Positions 47,591 through 58,527 of a stretch of DNA of 64,000 nucleotides are shown here, one piece after another. How positions within the stretch are numbered: the stretch's first letter is position 1; every line of letters begins with the position of its first letter. Below the pieces are notes generated by a model. It was given only the letters and a program-made list of their open reading frames with translations, was not told the DNA's origin and did no database searches. This stretch comes from Verrucomicrobiota bacterium. GTDB lineage: Bacteria; Verrucomicrobiota; Verrucomicrobiia; Opitutales; Cerasicoccaceae. Location: NCBI GenBank assembly GCA_039818205.1, contig JBCBUK010000009.1, positions 64,001 to 128,000 on the forward strand. The letters are read 5' to 3'. The position numbers were made by a program, and so were the translations under genes.

Positions 47591-47705
47591 GGCACGTAGA
47601 TAGTAGCTGATATGAAATAATGCCCGATTCGGGCCTGCCTTGCAAATGCAAATTGCGAGGAACGAATATGCGTGAACTTTGGTTTCAGCGACTTATACAA
47701 ACACT

Positions 47706-48548
47706 ATGGAGGTAATAAATTCCGTTGAGGAAATGCAGTCGACGGCGATTCGCTTGCGTGGGCAGGGGCGTCTGCTGGGCTTCGTGCCGACGATGGGCGC
47801 TTTACATGAGGGGCACCTTTCGCTGATTGACGCCGCCCGAGAAAGAACGGATGCCGTCGTGGTTTCCATATTTGTGAACCCAACCCAGTTTGGTCTCAAC
47901 GAGGATTTCGAACGATACCCAAAGCAGCTCGAGGACGATCTCGAGCAATGCAAGGCCCGAGGAGCAGACATTGTTTTCGTCCCCGAACGGTCCGATATCT
48001 TGCCGCCGGAGTTTTCGACCTATGTTGAGGAGGAAGACTACTCGCAGGGTATGTGCGGTATTTCTCGGCCAGGACACTTTCGGGGCGTGGCAACAATTGT
48101 CGCAGCATTGTTCAATGTCTGTCGGCCAGATGTGGCGGTCTTTGGCCAAAAGGATGCCCAGCAAGCCGCAGTCATCAAAAAGATGGTCAAAGACCTATGG
48201 TTCCCGATTGAAGTCGTCGTCGCCCCGACGGCCCGTGAGCCCGATGGCTTGGCGATGAGTTCGCGCAACCGCTACCTGGAAACGGGGGAGCGCACCGATG
48301 CCGTTCGGCTCTCGGAGGCATTGTCCATTGCCAAAGGAATTGTCGAACAAGGGAATCTCAGCGTGGATCGGATTAAGGCCGAGGTCAGCCACCACCTTAG
48401 CCAGTCTCGCCGTATTCGAATCATCTATGTCGAGGTCGTTGATGCTGACACCATGAAACCCGAGCGCGAGGTGCGTCCGGGATATAGTCTCTTGACGGTT
48501 GCCATTTGGTTGGAACAAACTCGTCTGATCGATAACGTGACACTATAA
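47706..48548 (+). CDS. panC: pantoate--beta-alanine ligase
   Basis: VPTMGALHEGH, FGQKD, GLAMSSRN, RLIDN; ATG 47706. Confidence 0.97.
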   Translation: MEVINSVEEMQSTAIRLRGQGRLLGFVPTMGALHEGHLSLIDAARERTDAVVVSIFVNPTQFGLNEDFERYPKQLEDDLEQCKARGADIVFVPERSDILPPEFSTYVEEEDYSQGMCGISRPGHFRGVATIVAALFNVCRPDVAVFGQKDAQQAAVIKKMVKDLWFPIEVVVAPTAREPDGLAMSSRNRYLETGERTDAVRLSEALSIAKGIVEQGNLSVDRIKAEVSHHLSQSRRIRIIYVEVVDADTMKPEREVRPGYSLLTVAIWLEQTRLIDNVTL

Positions 48549-48558
48549 CTTTTCGGAC

Positions 48559-49056
48559 ATGAGATACTTGTTTACCTTAGGCCTAGCGCTACTTTCCCTA
48601 AGCTTCATCGGTTGCGGCGAAGAAGAAACAGTGAAGCCAATGCGCTTCTACCTCGAAGCGAGCGCTTCGGGAACGACTGGAGACATTGGTCGCACCATGG
48701 TGCTTCCTAAGAGCGGCTTGAGCTACAACGTTCGCGGCCAACCGATTTTCACGGAAGCAGACATCACGAATGTGCAACTGGTCAAGGTTGCCAACGGTGA
48801 GCACGCATTGCTTTTCCACCTGAATGAGCCTGGTGCCCGCAAACTCTACCGGCACTCGGTGGCGGACAATGGACGGGTCATTATTTTTGAATACGGTGGC
48901 GCTGCCATTGGAGCTCGCCAACTCGACGGCGCAATCTCCGATGGTCGCTATTTTACCTTCGTCGAAATGGACCAAGAGGATCTCGAGGAAATGGTAATGG
49001 AGATGCAGGGTGACACTCGAGTCATGAATGAAAAGCTGCGCGAAGCCCGTTTCTAG
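48559..49056 (+). CDS. lipoprotein with SecD/SecF P1 head-like domain
   Basis: Lipobox FIG|C; PIFTEADITNV...FHLNEPGARKL...NGR...ISDG pattern. Confidence 0.55.
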   Translation: MRYLFTLGLALLSLSFIGCGEEETVKPMRFYLEASASGTTGDIGRTMVLPKSGLSYNVRGQPIFTEADITNVQLVKVANGEHALLFHLNEPGARKLYRHSVADNGRVIIFEYGGAAIGARQLDGAISDGRYFTFVEMDQEDLEEMVMEMQGDTRVMNEKLREARF

Positions 49057-49061
49057 AGCTG

Positions 49062-50093
49062 ATGCTGCGTTACTATTGGCGGATCCTTCTGGCGGCTTCC
49101 CTGGCGCTCCTGACGGCGCGGGCAGAGGAATTGCCGATCTATTGGCCGACTCCGGATTCGTCGTTTTTTGAAGGGGCAGACTGGGCTGAGGTTGGGCAAC
49201 CTACGGCCTCGGGCCGAGCTGAATCTGCCTACTTTGGATGTGTCCGCAACGGTGGTCGTCGTTTCCATGAAGGGCTTGATCTCAAGCCAATTGGTCGCGA
49301 CCGGCACAATGAGGCAACGGATGGTATTTTCGCTGCAATGCCGGGGCGAGTTGCCTACATCAATAAAGTTGCTGGCAATAGCAGTTATGGCCGCTACGTG
49401 GTGATCAATCACGAGTCGGCCGACGTGCCGGTCTACACACTGTATGCGCACCTCGCTTCGATTGAAAACGGCCTGGGGGTCGGTGACTTGGTTGCCGGTG
49501 GTCAGCGCTTGGGCACGATGGGGCGATCAGCCGGTGGTTATACGATCCCACGTCAACGCGCCCACTTGCACTTCGAGATTGGGGTGATGAAGAGCAACAA
49601 CTTCAACCGCTGGTATCGGAAGGCGGGTTACACCGGCAAGAATCATCACGGCAATTACAATGGAATCAACCTGATGGGCGCTGATCCCTTGCACTTCTGG
49701 GAAACTGTTAGGGACGGTAAGTTTAAGAATTTCGAAGATTATTTTGCGAGTCTTCCCACTGCGTACACCTTACGGATTGGTACGGACAAAGTCCCGGAGT
49801 TCATCAATCGATACCCGCACCTATTGACGCAGCCCGTGCCTAAAGAAGGCATAGCCGGCTGGGACATTGAATACACCTGGTATGGGCTACCGAAGCGGTG
49901 GACGCCTCTTCAGGCCGATGCCTTTCCCTACGGTGCTAAGGATGGCGACATTGCCTTGCTCGAATTTAATCCCGATGTGTTTGACGGCCAGTGCCGAGAC
50001 ACGCTCGTGTTTTCCAAGTCGAACCCCCAAGGTACCGTCAAACTCGGAAAAAACCTGAAGGGCGACCTGAAGATGCTCTTCGGGTTCAAGTAG
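49062..50093 (+). CDS. M23 family metallopeptidase
   Basis: Signal peptide; HEGLD, YAHL, HLHFE. Confidence 0.92.
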   Translation: MLRYYWRILLAASLALLTARAEELPIYWPTPDSSFFEGADWAEVGQPTASGRAESAYFGCVRNGGRRFHEGLDLKPIGRDRHNEATDGIFAAMPGRVAYINKVAGNSSYGRYVVINHESADVPVYTLYAHLASIENGLGVGDLVAGGQRLGTMGRSAGGYTIPRQRAHLHFEIGVMKSNNFNRWYRKAGYTGKNHHGNYNGINLMGADPLHFWETVRDGKFKNFEDYFASLPTAYTLRIGTDKVPEFINRYPHLLTQPVPKEGIAGWDIEYTWYGLPKRWTPLQADAFPYGAKDGDIALLEFNPDVFDGQCRDTLVFSKSNPQGTVKLGKNLKGDLKMLFGFK

Positions 50094-50640
50094 GGTTGGT
50101 CATGCGATCGATATCGATCGCCTCCAGGTAAAACTTCAACTCACCGATCGATTCTCGAATATCATCCAATGCGCGATGGGTACCTTGCTTGGCAAACCTC
50201 TGGTCGTAGCGTTCCTGGAAAACAATTTTGAAGCTGCTCACATCCAGCATTCGGTAATGTAGGCGCGATGAAAAACGGGGAAGGTAGCGGTCGACGAACT
50301 TCCGATCCTGCCCGATCGAATTGCCGCACAGAATCACGGTTTGCTTACCCCAGAACTGTTCCGCGAAGCCGGATAACTTGGCGTCGAGCTCTTGCTCGGA
50401 GATGCCGTTTGGAACCCGTTCGGTCAGGCCGCTCTCTCCGTGGGTTTTCTGGCACCATTCATTCATGCCCGCGAGCACTTCGGGCGGTTGGAAAACAGCG
50501 GACTCCCACTCGGCGAGCACTTCGTTAAAGTCTGGAGATGTGATGATGATGGCGGCCTCGAGGATGCGATCCTTGGCCGGATCAAGCCCCGTCATTTCCA
50601 GGTCGAGCCAGCACCATGCCGGTTGTTTTTCTTCAGCCAT
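50086..50640 (-). CDS. orn: oligoribonuclease
   Basis: WLDLEMTGLD, GNSIGQDR, HRALDDIRES. Confidence 0.96.
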   Translation of the reverse strand: MAEEKQPAWCWLDLEMTGLDPAKDRILEAAIIITSPDFNEVLAEWESAVFQPPEVLAGMNEWCQKTHGESGLTERVPNGISEQELDAKLSGFAEQFWGKQTVILCGNSIGQDRKFVDRYLPRFSSRLHYRMLDVSSFKIVFQERYDQRFAKQGTHRALDDIRESIGELKFYLEAIDIDRMTNPT

Positions 50641-50646
50641 TGGCCG

Positions 50647-51186
50647 CTACTCGGTTTCGTTGAATTCGACGACGGTGAAGCAGTCGATGTTGGCGTCTTT
50701 GAGGGCTTGGCGGCCGGGAAGCTCGACTAGGTCAATGATAGCGGCGAATGAGACGCTGGTGGCGTTGAGTCGGCGCATGAGTTTAGCAGTCGCCAGTGCG
50801 GTGCCACCCGTGGCCAGCAAGTCGTCGATAATCAGCACCCGTTTGCCGTCGATCAAAGGCGTGTCGTGGGTTTCGATCGTCGCGGTTCCATACTCGAGTG
50901 AGTAGTCTTCGCAAATAGTGTTGAACGGCAGCTTACCCTTCTTGCGAGCGAGGACCAGGGGGAGGTGAAGTTGATAGGCCAATACCCCGGATAGAATGAA
51001 GCCCCGGGCATCTACGCCAACAACAAGGTCGAACTCCTGATCAGTCGCCCAGCCGGAGAGGCGGTTGAGAACTGCCCGAAACGCGGTGGGATCTTCGAAG
51101 AGCGTCGTTACGTCGCGAAAATTAATTCCCTCTTTTGGCCAGCCGCGGACGGTGCGAATGCTTGCTTTAATTTTATCAACGTTCAT
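50647..51186 (-). CDS. apt: adenine phosphoribosyltransferase
   Basis: DARGF, RKKGKLP, YSLEYG, IDDLLATGGT; ATG 51186. Confidence 0.96.
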   Translation of the reverse strand: MNVDKIKASIRTVRGWPKEGINFRDVTTLFEDPTAFRAVLNRLSGWATDQEFDLVVGVDARGFILSGVLAYQLHLPLVLARKKGKLPFNTICEDYSLEYGTATIETHDTPLIDGKRVLIIDDLLATGGTALATAKLMRRLNATSVSFAAIIDLVELPGRQALKDANIDCFTVVEFNETE

Positions 51187-51238
51187 TGTGTGAAATGAAC
51201 GTCTAATTCGTACTAGGCGACAAGATCTTTCTACCACC

Positions 51239-51811
51239 ATGCCCTCGAAAGCTGCCCTCCGCCGCATTGCCCTCGCTCGCCGTAGCTCGCTACAACCCCA
51301 AGAGCGCCAGGATCGCAATGCTCAAATCCGTCATCGATTGACAGCCGTCCCCGAGTTTGCGTCGGCCAAAAGTATCCTTTTCTACGTCTCGTTTGGCGAA
51401 GAAGTAGATACCCACGAGTTGATGAAGGGGTGCTTTGGTCGGAAAACGGTTTTGGTTCCACGCGTTGAAGGCGATGTGCTGCATGTGCATGAAATGCAAA
51501 GCCTTGACGATTTACAGCCCGGCTCATTCGGCATCCTGGAGCCGGCGCCGAACACCCCAGAAGTCGATCCCTCGATTGCCGAAATCGTCGTCGTTCCCGG
51601 GGCCGCCTTCGACCTGCGCGGGAATCGAATTGGCTATGGTAAAGGCTACTACGATCGCCTGCTCGAGGGTGTTTCGGCGGTGAAGATCGGCCTGGCCTTC
51701 GACCGCCAGATGATGGAGACCATCCCGGTCGAAGATCACGACATTCCGATGGATATTCTGGTGACCAACGAGCGCCTGCTGGATTTTCGCTCTCAGCGCG
51801 CTGCCTCGTAG
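51239..51811 (+). CDS. 5-formyltetrahydrofolate cyclo-ligase
   Basis: EVDT, FGILEP, VPGAAFD..GNRIGYGKGYYDR. Confidence 0.95.
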   Translation: MPSKAALRRIALARRSSLQPQERQDRNAQIRHRLTAVPEFASAKSILFYVSFGEEVDTHELMKGCFGRKTVLVPRVEGDVLHVHEMQSLDDLQPGSFGILEPAPNTPEVDPSIAEIVVVPGAAFDLRGNRIGYGKGYYDRLLEGVSAVKIGLAFDRQMMETIPVEDHDIPMDILVTNERLLDFRSQRAAS

Positions 51812-51913
51812 CCAAACGACCGCAAATTTCCGAACAAAATCCCGGGTAAAACGCCGTTGACGATGAACTAATGGACGCTCAGGGTGTCCTATTCGAAAAA
51901 TCGGCCGTTTGCC

Positions 51914-54900
51914 ATGTTAGGATCTATTTTAAAGAAGTTTTCAGGAAGCCATTACCGCAAGTTCTACAAGCGGGCGAAACCGCTTGTTGATCAGATCAAC
52001 AAGCTGGAAGAAGGGTATCAATCGCTCACGGAGGATGCGCTCAAGGCAAAGACGCAGGAGTTCATGGACCGCTTCCAAAAGGAGTGGGCCGCTGGTAAAG
52101 AGCGTCTCGGGGGGGACAAGGCGGATCACGAGAAGTTGATCGCGCTGAATAAGGAAATCCTCGATGGCTTGCTTCCCGAGGCTTTCGCAGTGGCTAAGAA
52201 TGCGGCGCGCCGACTCTGCGGGCAGGAGATTGAATACACCGGCACCATGGACGTCTGGCGCATGGTTCACTATGACGTCCAGTTGATGGGCGGTATGGCG
52301 CTCCACGACAACAAGATCGCGGAAATGGCGACCGGTGAGGGTAAAACGCTCGTTTCAACACTCCCGCTCTACCTGAACGCACTTTCTGGCCGCAATTGCC
52401 AACTCGTTACCGTCAACGAATACCTGGCGCAGCGTGATGCTGAGTGGATGGGCCACCTTTTCAAATACCTGGGATTGACCGTTGGTGTTATCCGAAATCA
52501 GCAGCCTAACGATGAAAAGCGCGCCGCCTACGAGTGTAATCTCACCTACGGCACCGCGTCAGAATTTGGTTTTGATTATCTGCGCGACAACGGCATGGCT
52601 TCCAGCGCCTCTCAGCAGGTGCAAAAAGACCACTATTACTGTATCGTCGACGAAATTGACTCCATCCTGATTGACGAAGCGCGGACGCCGCTAATCATTT
52701 CGGGCCCTGTCAACGAGGACCGTGAGGCACCTTTCCAAGAGCACAAAGCTGGGATTCAGAAGCTGGTTTCTTCCCAAACGCGCCTGTGTAATAAGCTCAT
52801 CCAAGAGGCTAAGGCAGAGATCGAGAAGGAAGACGGCGACTTCGATGCGGCATTCCATAAGATGCTTCAGGTGAAGCTCGGCATGCCTAAGAACAAGGTT
52901 TTCATGCGCTTGCTTGAGCGCGGCGATGTTCGCATGCCTTTCGAGAAGTTTGACCTCGAAATGCACTCGGACTTCAACAAGCAGCAACTCTACTCGATCA
53001 AGGAGGAGTTGTTCTTTGTGATCGACGAGAAGCAACACCAAGCGGACTTGACCGAAGCGGGCCGCGGCACCTTGCGCCCGGGTGACCCGGATGCGTTCGT
53101 GATGCCGGATTTGCCATCGGAATTTATCGAGATCGACCGCGATGCTGACCTCGACGACGAGGGCAAGCTCAAGGCCAAGCAGGAGGCCGAAGAGCGTTTT
53201 GCGCAGCAAAGCGAAGACCTTCACTGCATTAGTCAGCTGCTGCGCGCCTATTCACTCTACGAGCGCGATAAAGAATACGTCGTTTCGGAAGAGGGCAAGG
53301 TCGTCATCATTGACGAAAACACCGGTCGTCCAATGCCGGGTCGTCGCTGGTCAGAAGGACTTCACCAAGCAGTTGAAGCCAAGGAAAATGTGAAGATCGA
53401 GAAGGAGTCGAAGACCTTCGCAACGATCACGATTCAAAACTATTTCCGTTTGTATGAGAAGCTTGCCGGGATGACCGGAACGGCGGAGACCGAGGTCCAA
53501 GAGTTTCACGATATCTACAACCTGGATGTCATGATTATCCCGACCAACAAGCCGGGTATCCGGGTGGATGATAATGATGTCATCTACAAGACACGCCGCG
53601 AGAAATTCAATGCAGTAGTCGACGATGTGGTCGAAGCCCACAAGCGCGGCCAGCCTGTGCTGCTCGGAACGACTTCGGTTCAAGCCTCTGAGGTCATTGG
53701 CAAAATGCTCCAGCGCAAAAAGGTGACGCACGCCGTCCTGAATGCGAAGTTCCACCAGCAGGAGGCGGAAATCGTTGCGCGTGCGGGTCAGCGGGGCGCG
53801 ATTACGGTGGCTACCAACATGGCGGGCCGTGGTACGGACATCAAGCTCGGTGAGGGCGTTCATGATCTGGGTGGTTTGCTCGTTCTGGGAACGGAGCGTC
53901 ACGAGTCCCGCCGGATTGACCGACAGTTGCGTGGTCGTTGTGCGCGTCAGGGTGACCCGGGTCATACCAAATTCTATATCTCGCTGGAAGACGACTTGAT
54001 GCGATTGTTCGCCAACGCAGGGCCGATCTCCAAGATTTTGCAAAGCTCGTTCCAAGAGGGCGAGATGCTCGAACACCCACTGCTCAATCGCTCGATTGAA
54101 ACTGCGCAGAAGAAGGTTGAGCAACAGCATTACTCGGTCCGCAAGCGCCTGCTCCAATATGACGACGTTTTGAACCGTCAACGTGAGGTCGTTTACGGCA
54201 TCCGCAATGATGCGCTCCATAGCGACACGCCGAAAGAGATTATTTTTGAAATGATCGAGGAAGAGCTCGAAGAGCGCCTCGATGCCATCGCGCCGGGTGA
54301 CAAAGAACCGTCGAGCGATGATCTAGAAAATCTGCTTTCCTGGCTCAATAGTCACTTCCCGCTTTCGCTGAAGATCGAGGAACTAGCCATCCCCAATAGC
54401 GAGATCGTTCACTTCGTGCTCGATCGCATTAACAATGCCTACGGGGAAAAGGAGAAGGTTGAGCAAGATAACGCGATCAAGAACCTCGAGCGTTACGTTG
54501 TGATTCGCGCCGTTGATAAGAACTGGCAGGATCACCTGACGGAGATGGATGACCTCCGCCGTGCAGTCGGTTTGCGTGGTTACGGTCAGAAAGATCCATT
54601 GATCGAATACAAAACCGAGGCCTTCACTTACTTCCAGGAGATGATGGGACGCGTGCGCAACGAGATCTGTGTCGGTCTCTTCCGCAGCACGACGAACATC
54701 GATGCGTTCCGGAACATGCTAGCACGCCTCCAACAGAATGCTCAAACCACGGGTCCGGACGAAGGTGCGGTTGCCCAGGGAGAGGGTGTTGGCGCGGGTG
54801 GTCTATCGGTTGCCTCGGGTGGCGACCAAGGCAAGCCAGCAAAGTTGCCCACGGTTAAGAAGGCACAGCCCAAGGTCACCTTACCCAAGATCGGCCGGAA

Positions 54901-55012
54901 CGAGGTCGTTACGATTCGGCGAGGCCCGCAGACGCAGACCATGAAGTTCAAGAAAGCCGAACCGCTGATCCTGAACGAGGGCTGGGTCTTGGTTGAGCCG
55001 GTAAAGAAGTAA
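51914..55012 (+). CDS. secA: preprotein translocase ATPase SecA
   Basis: [44 protein letters not shown] 51914. Confidence 0.98.
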   Translation: MLGSILKKFSGSHYRKFYKRAKPLVDQINKLEEGYQSLTEDALKAKTQEFMDRFQKEWAAGKERLGGDKADHEKLIALNKEILDGLLPEAFAVAKNAARRLCGQEIEYTGTMDVWRMVHYDVQLMGGMALHDNKIAEMATGEGKTLVSTLPLYLNALSGRNCQLVTVNEYLAQRDAEWMGHLFKYLGLTVGVIRNQQPNDEKRAAYECNLTYGTASEFGFDYLRDNGMASSASQQVQKDHYYCIVDEIDSILIDEARTPLIISGPVNEDREAPFQEHKAGIQKLVSSQTRLCNKLIQEAKAEIEKEDGDFDAAFHKMLQVKLGMPKNKVFMRLLERGDVRMPFEKFDLEMHSDFNKQQLYSIKEELFFVIDEKQHQADLTEAGRGTLRPGDPDAFVMPDLPSEFIEIDRDADLDDEGKLKAKQEAEERFAQQSEDLHCISQLLRAYSLYERDKEYVVSEEGKVVIIDENTGRPMPGRRWSEGLHQAVEAKENVKIEKESKTFATITIQNYFRLYEKLAGMTGTAETEVQEFHDIYNLDVMIIPTNKPGIRVDDNDVIYKTRREKFNAVVDDVVEAHKRGQPVLLGTTSVQASEVIGKMLQRKKVTHAVLNAKFHQQEAEIVARAGQRGAITVATNMAGRGTDIKLGEGVHDLGGLLVLGTERHESRRIDRQLRGRCARQGDPGHTKFYISLEDDLMRLFANAGPISKILQSSFQEGEMLEHPLLNRSIETAQKKVEQQHYSVRKRLLQYDDVLNRQREVVYGIRNDALHSDTPKEIIFEMIEEELEERLDAIAPGDKEPSSDDLENLLSWLNSHFPLSLKIEELAIPNSEIVHFVLDRINNAYGEKEKVEQDNAIKNLERYVVIRAVDKNWQDHLTEMDDLRRAVGLRGYGQKDPLIEYKTEAFTYFQEMMGRVRNEICVGLFRSTTNIDAFRNMLARLQQNAQTTGPDEGAVAQGEGVGAGGLSVASGGDQGKPAKLPTVKKAQPKVTLPKIGRNEVVTIRRGPQTQTMKFKKAEPLILNEGWVLVEPVKK

Positions 55013-55036
55013 TCGATACTTCTTTACCGATTCCGA

Positions 55037-56074
55037 CTATCCATCATTCGAGGCGACCTTGATGTCGTCCTTGGACTCGATCAGCTGAAACTTTCCGCCT
55101 GTTCGGCGTGCGATTGAGCGCATGCCTTCAGCGGCTTTTGGTTCACCGAGGGCGATTGTATTGATACGCAGATCACGGTTCTTGCGGCGCCATTCGCTCA
55201 CGAGCTTAAAAGCGCGGCTGGCGTCTTCGTCGGTCGTTGAACCGTCGGTCAGGAAGAAGATCAACTCCGGTGCAGGGTCCAATTTTTTCGCAATGTAGAA
55301 TGGATTACTCCACACGGTTCCACCGCTCATTGAGAGATTGTTGACCTCGGCTACGAGCTTGCGCTTCTCGCTCATGGTCATCCGCTTCCAGGAAGGGTCG
55401 GAGATGTTCTTTAAATCCTTGGGGTGATAAGTGTGCCAGTTGTTCTTCGTGGTCTTGTCCCAGTTGTAATTTTGGCGCTGGCTCCCGTCGCGTTCGCCAG
55501 AAACCCAGGCTGGACCCGAAAAGTAAATCATCTCCACAAAAATGTTCGCAGAGAGCGAACCTACGGCGGCATTCAGCTGTTGTTTGAGCAGCTCGAACCG
55601 TGTCTCGCCCGTGGGCACTTGCGCGGACATCGAACCCGAGCAATCGATGATGAATAGCACTCGCTCGCCCTTGTCCTTGATGTTGAAGAAATTCACGTTG
55701 CTAACCGCGAAATCGATCATGCCGTTGCCGCCGCCGAAGCCACCTCCAGCGCCGCCACCGCCAACGGCCACGCGGCCATCAACTTTGGGCAAATTGATAT
55801 CCACGACGGGCACTGGCACATCCTGAGGAACCGTGACTGAGACCACCTTGGTCGGCGGAGCACTTTTCTTCTGCAGGGTTTTTACCCGGACCTTCTGTTC
55901 CTCGACTTCATCGGGGGGCGGGATCGGCGGGGCCTCGGCAACCGGATCCTCTGGCGCGATCGATTGCCATACCGTAATGCCACCGAGAACCAGGAGTCCG
56001 ACGACATGGATTACAAGACTGATGATGACTACCTCGATAAGAGGTAGGTTTAGTTTTCTTTTTTTGGGCAGCAT
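55037..56074 (-). CDS. membrane-anchored vWA domain protein with Pro-rich stalk
   Basis: N-terminal TM; DCSGSM MIDAS, GGT, FLTDG, INTIA; ATG 56074. Confidence 0.85.
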   Translation of the reverse strand: MLPKKRKLNLPLIEVVIISLVIHVVGLLVLGGITVWQSIAPEDPVAEAPPIPPPDEVEEQKVRVKTLQKKSAPPTKVVSVTVPQDVPVPVVDINLPKVDGRVAVGGGGAGGGFGGGNGMIDFAVSNVNFFNIKDKGERVLFIIDCSGSMSAQVPTGETRFELLKQQLNAAVGSLSANIFVEMIYFSGPAWVSGERDGSQRQNYNWDKTTKNNWHTYHPKDLKNISDPSWKRMTMSEKRKLVAEVNNLSMSGGTVWSNPFYIAKKLDPAPELIFFLTDGSTTDEDASRAFKLVSEWRRKNRDLRINTIALGEPKAAEGMRSIARRTGGKFQLIESKDDIKVASNDG

Positions 56075-56253
56075 GAGATGGGGACCCAAAAATATAACCT
56101 CCGGCCAAAATTTGCACGTTTGTGACCAGAATCTGTATATTCTAATGCTGTCCGTTTTGCGGAATAAATGCGCCTTATTCCCCAGGTAATTCATATCTGA
56201 GCCATTTGGTGAAGTTCAAAACACCAGACTGGCCTGATACCAAAATGACCAAA

Positions 56254-58503
56254 CTAGATCGCTTTTTCCAATTTTGGGCGGACACTGGCGTCGATCGCCG
56301 CGACCGCATCATAGGCGCTTGTCGACGCGCTTTCGATCGTTGCTGGCAGCCCAGTTTGAATCCAATCTCCGGCCAGCCATACGTTCTCCCAAGGCGCGTC
56401 ATCGGTCTTCGGCCGATAGCTTGCCACGGTTGGCCGAGCGGCAAATGTCGCATCTTTGCTTTTGTAAACTAGCGAGCGCTCAATCGTCATTTTGGTGGAC
56501 TTATCGAAGAAACGGTTCAGCTCACCTCGTAGTCGCTCAATGATCTCTTCGCTTTTCTGCGGCAGCCAATCGTCAGCGGCGCTCACAATAACTGCGTAGA
56601 GAAATTTGCCTGCGTGCTCCTCTTCCAAAGTATGCGTGCGGTCAAAAACCCAATGAATGGGGGAATCAAGGAGGCCAACAAAGCCCGTTGGATGCTCAAA
56701 TAGCTGAGTATCGCTCAGCAGGTGAATGCTTAAAATCGAGGAGGATGTGATTGCTGAGACGCGGTTTTTTACCGCCGATCCAGATGGCAGCAGGCTCCGC
56801 AGTCCGGTCCAGGGCAGGGCGCTGATGTGGACATCTGCGGCGATACGTTCGCCCTTGTTGGTGACCACGGCTACGACATTTTCGCCGTCGCACTCCACCG
56901 ATTTGATCTGAGCTTTACGGCGTATTTCTCCGCCAATAGATCGCAGGTAGAGTTCCGTTTCCGGCTCAAAGACCTCCGTTAAACCAACCTTGGCCAGGTA
57001 GATGGCCGAGTCTTCGCTAGATCCAAAAAGAGATCGTTTCAGCGTCTCAAAAAGCAGGCGGGCACAAGCGGTATCCAGCGGTTCGTTGAGTGCTGCAACG
57101 CAAAAGGGTTCCCAAAGTGCGCGAATGGCACCATCAGTTTGACTATGTTCCCGCAGCCAGCTGAGCGCAGTTTGATGGTCGGCCGGTTCGGCACCCAGCT
57201 GCATCTTGGCCCCGAAGGTAATGATACCCAGGCGGTCCTTCGTGCTCAGCGCACCAAATCCAAGCAGCCCGCTGAGTAGGTGAAATGGAGGTGGCGAGCT
57301 GGTGGCTGCAAGCTCGGACCATTCACCTCCGGGGCTGACATAAGGCACGCTGAGGCGGTCCTGCCGGTCAAACTTGTGCTCAATTCCCAATCGATCGACC
57401 AGTTGGAGAAATGCATGGTAGCAGCCCATAACGATGTGTTGACCGTTATCGAGCTTTAGGCCGCTGGGGGCATCTGTGAGGCTGTGCGATCGACCGCCCA
57501 AGTATGCCTTTGATTCCAGGATGACCGGCGTGAAGCCTTGTTCTCCGAGTTCGATGGCTGCTGTGATGCCGGAGATTCCGCCGCCCCAAACCGCTGCGTG
57601 GCCCGGCAAGTGTCGTTTGGACAATGGTCGGTTCATCCCGCGAAGCGTTTGCAAGACCAGCTGTATTTTTCGTTGCTTAGGTAGGCGAACGCGCTCACCC
57701 GTCAGGCGAAAGTCACGGGCAGCGATTTGATCCAAGATGTCTTCATAGAAGGCTCCCATGATGAGAGCCGCCTTCAGATTCTTGCGATCGTCTGCGGGAA
57801 GTAAGCGCCGGGCCTTGTTGAAAAAATGCTTGCAGCGATAATGGCAGAGGCGAAAGAGGCGCCGGCAGTTCTCATTATTTGCCGGATCTTGAAAGTCTGC
57901 TTCGGTTACGCCGAAGGCTCGCATTTCTTCCTGCGGAAGGTAGACGCGTCCCATGTCCCGATAGTCCTCGACGACGTCGCGCAAAATGTTCGTGAATTGC
58001 AGCGCATATCCGAGCGTTTCTGCGTATTCGTCGATTTTGGGATCCTTGCAGCCGAAGATACGAACCGATACAAGGCCGACGGCTGAGGCAACACCATAGC
58101 AGTAATGTCGCAGGTCTTCGAAGGTCTCGAAGCGCCGTTCACCAATATCCATCGAGACGCCATCGATGATCGCAAGGAGATCGGCTTCGCGAATGTTGAA
58201 CTGTCGGATCACCGGGGCCATTTCGGCCGCGAGGGTCAATGACTTCGATCCGCGGTAGCAGGCGAGGATGTCTTCCCGCCAAGCGCCGAGCTCCTGGGCC
58301 TTTTGGTGGTCGGGCTTGTCGGTGTTGTCGGCGATATCATCAACAATCCGGCAAAAGTCGTAAAACACGCTCATCGCGTCGCGTTGAACACGGTCAAGCG
58401 AGACAAAGGTGTAGGCGAGATTGGATTGTTTTCTCGCTTGTTTGGCCTCGGCGGAATCCACAGAGGGAGCCGGCGGCAATGTGTCTACAGTCGTATCAGC
58501 CAT
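56254..58503 (-). CDS. hpnDE: fused presqualene diphosphate synthase HpnD plus hydroxysqualene dehydroxylase HpnE
   Basis: N-terminal CRIVDDIAD and TNILRDV prenyltransferase motifs; C-terminal GGGISG..AA, LDNGQH, LAGDW..TGLPATIE flavoprotein motifs in one 749 aa ORF. Confidence 0.9.
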   Translation of the reverse strand: MADTTVDTLPPAPSVDSAEAKQARKQSNLAYTFVSLDRVQRDAMSVFYDFCRIVDDIADNTDKPDHQKAQELGAWREDILACYRGSKSLTLAAEMAPVIRQFNIREADLLAIIDGVSMDIGERRFETFEDLRHYCYGVASAVGLVSVRIFGCKDPKIDEYAETLGYALQFTNILRDVVEDYRDMGRVYLPQEEMRAFGVTEADFQDPANNENCRRLFRLCHYRCKHFFNKARRLLPADDRKNLKAALIMGAFYEDILDQIAARDFRLTGERVRLPKQRKIQLVLQTLRGMNRPLSKRHLPGHAAVWGGGISGITAAIELGEQGFTPVILESKAYLGGRSHSLTDAPSGLKLDNGQHIVMGCYHAFLQLVDRLGIEHKFDRQDRLSVPYVSPGGEWSELAATSSPPPFHLLSGLLGFGALSTKDRLGIITFGAKMQLGAEPADHQTALSWLREHSQTDGAIRALWEPFCVAALNEPLDTACARLLFETLKRSLFGSSEDSAIYLAKVGLTEVFEPETELYLRSIGGEIRRKAQIKSVECDGENVVAVVTNKGERIAADVHISALPWTGLRSLLPSGSAVKNRVSAITSSSILSIHLLSDTQLFEHPTGFVGLLDSPIHWVFDRTHTLEEEHAGKFLYAVIVSAADDWLPQKSEEIIERLRGELNRFFDKSTKMTIERSLVYKSKDATFAARPTVASYRPKTDDAPWENVWLAGDWIQTGLPATIESASTSAYDAVAAIDASVRPKLEKAI

Positions 58504-58527
58504 TAACAGGTGGGAAAATCAGTAGGA

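Noticed and set aside
47590..47608. sigma54 promoter TGGCACG upstream of panC
   Set aside because: No GC at the -12 position with correct spacing
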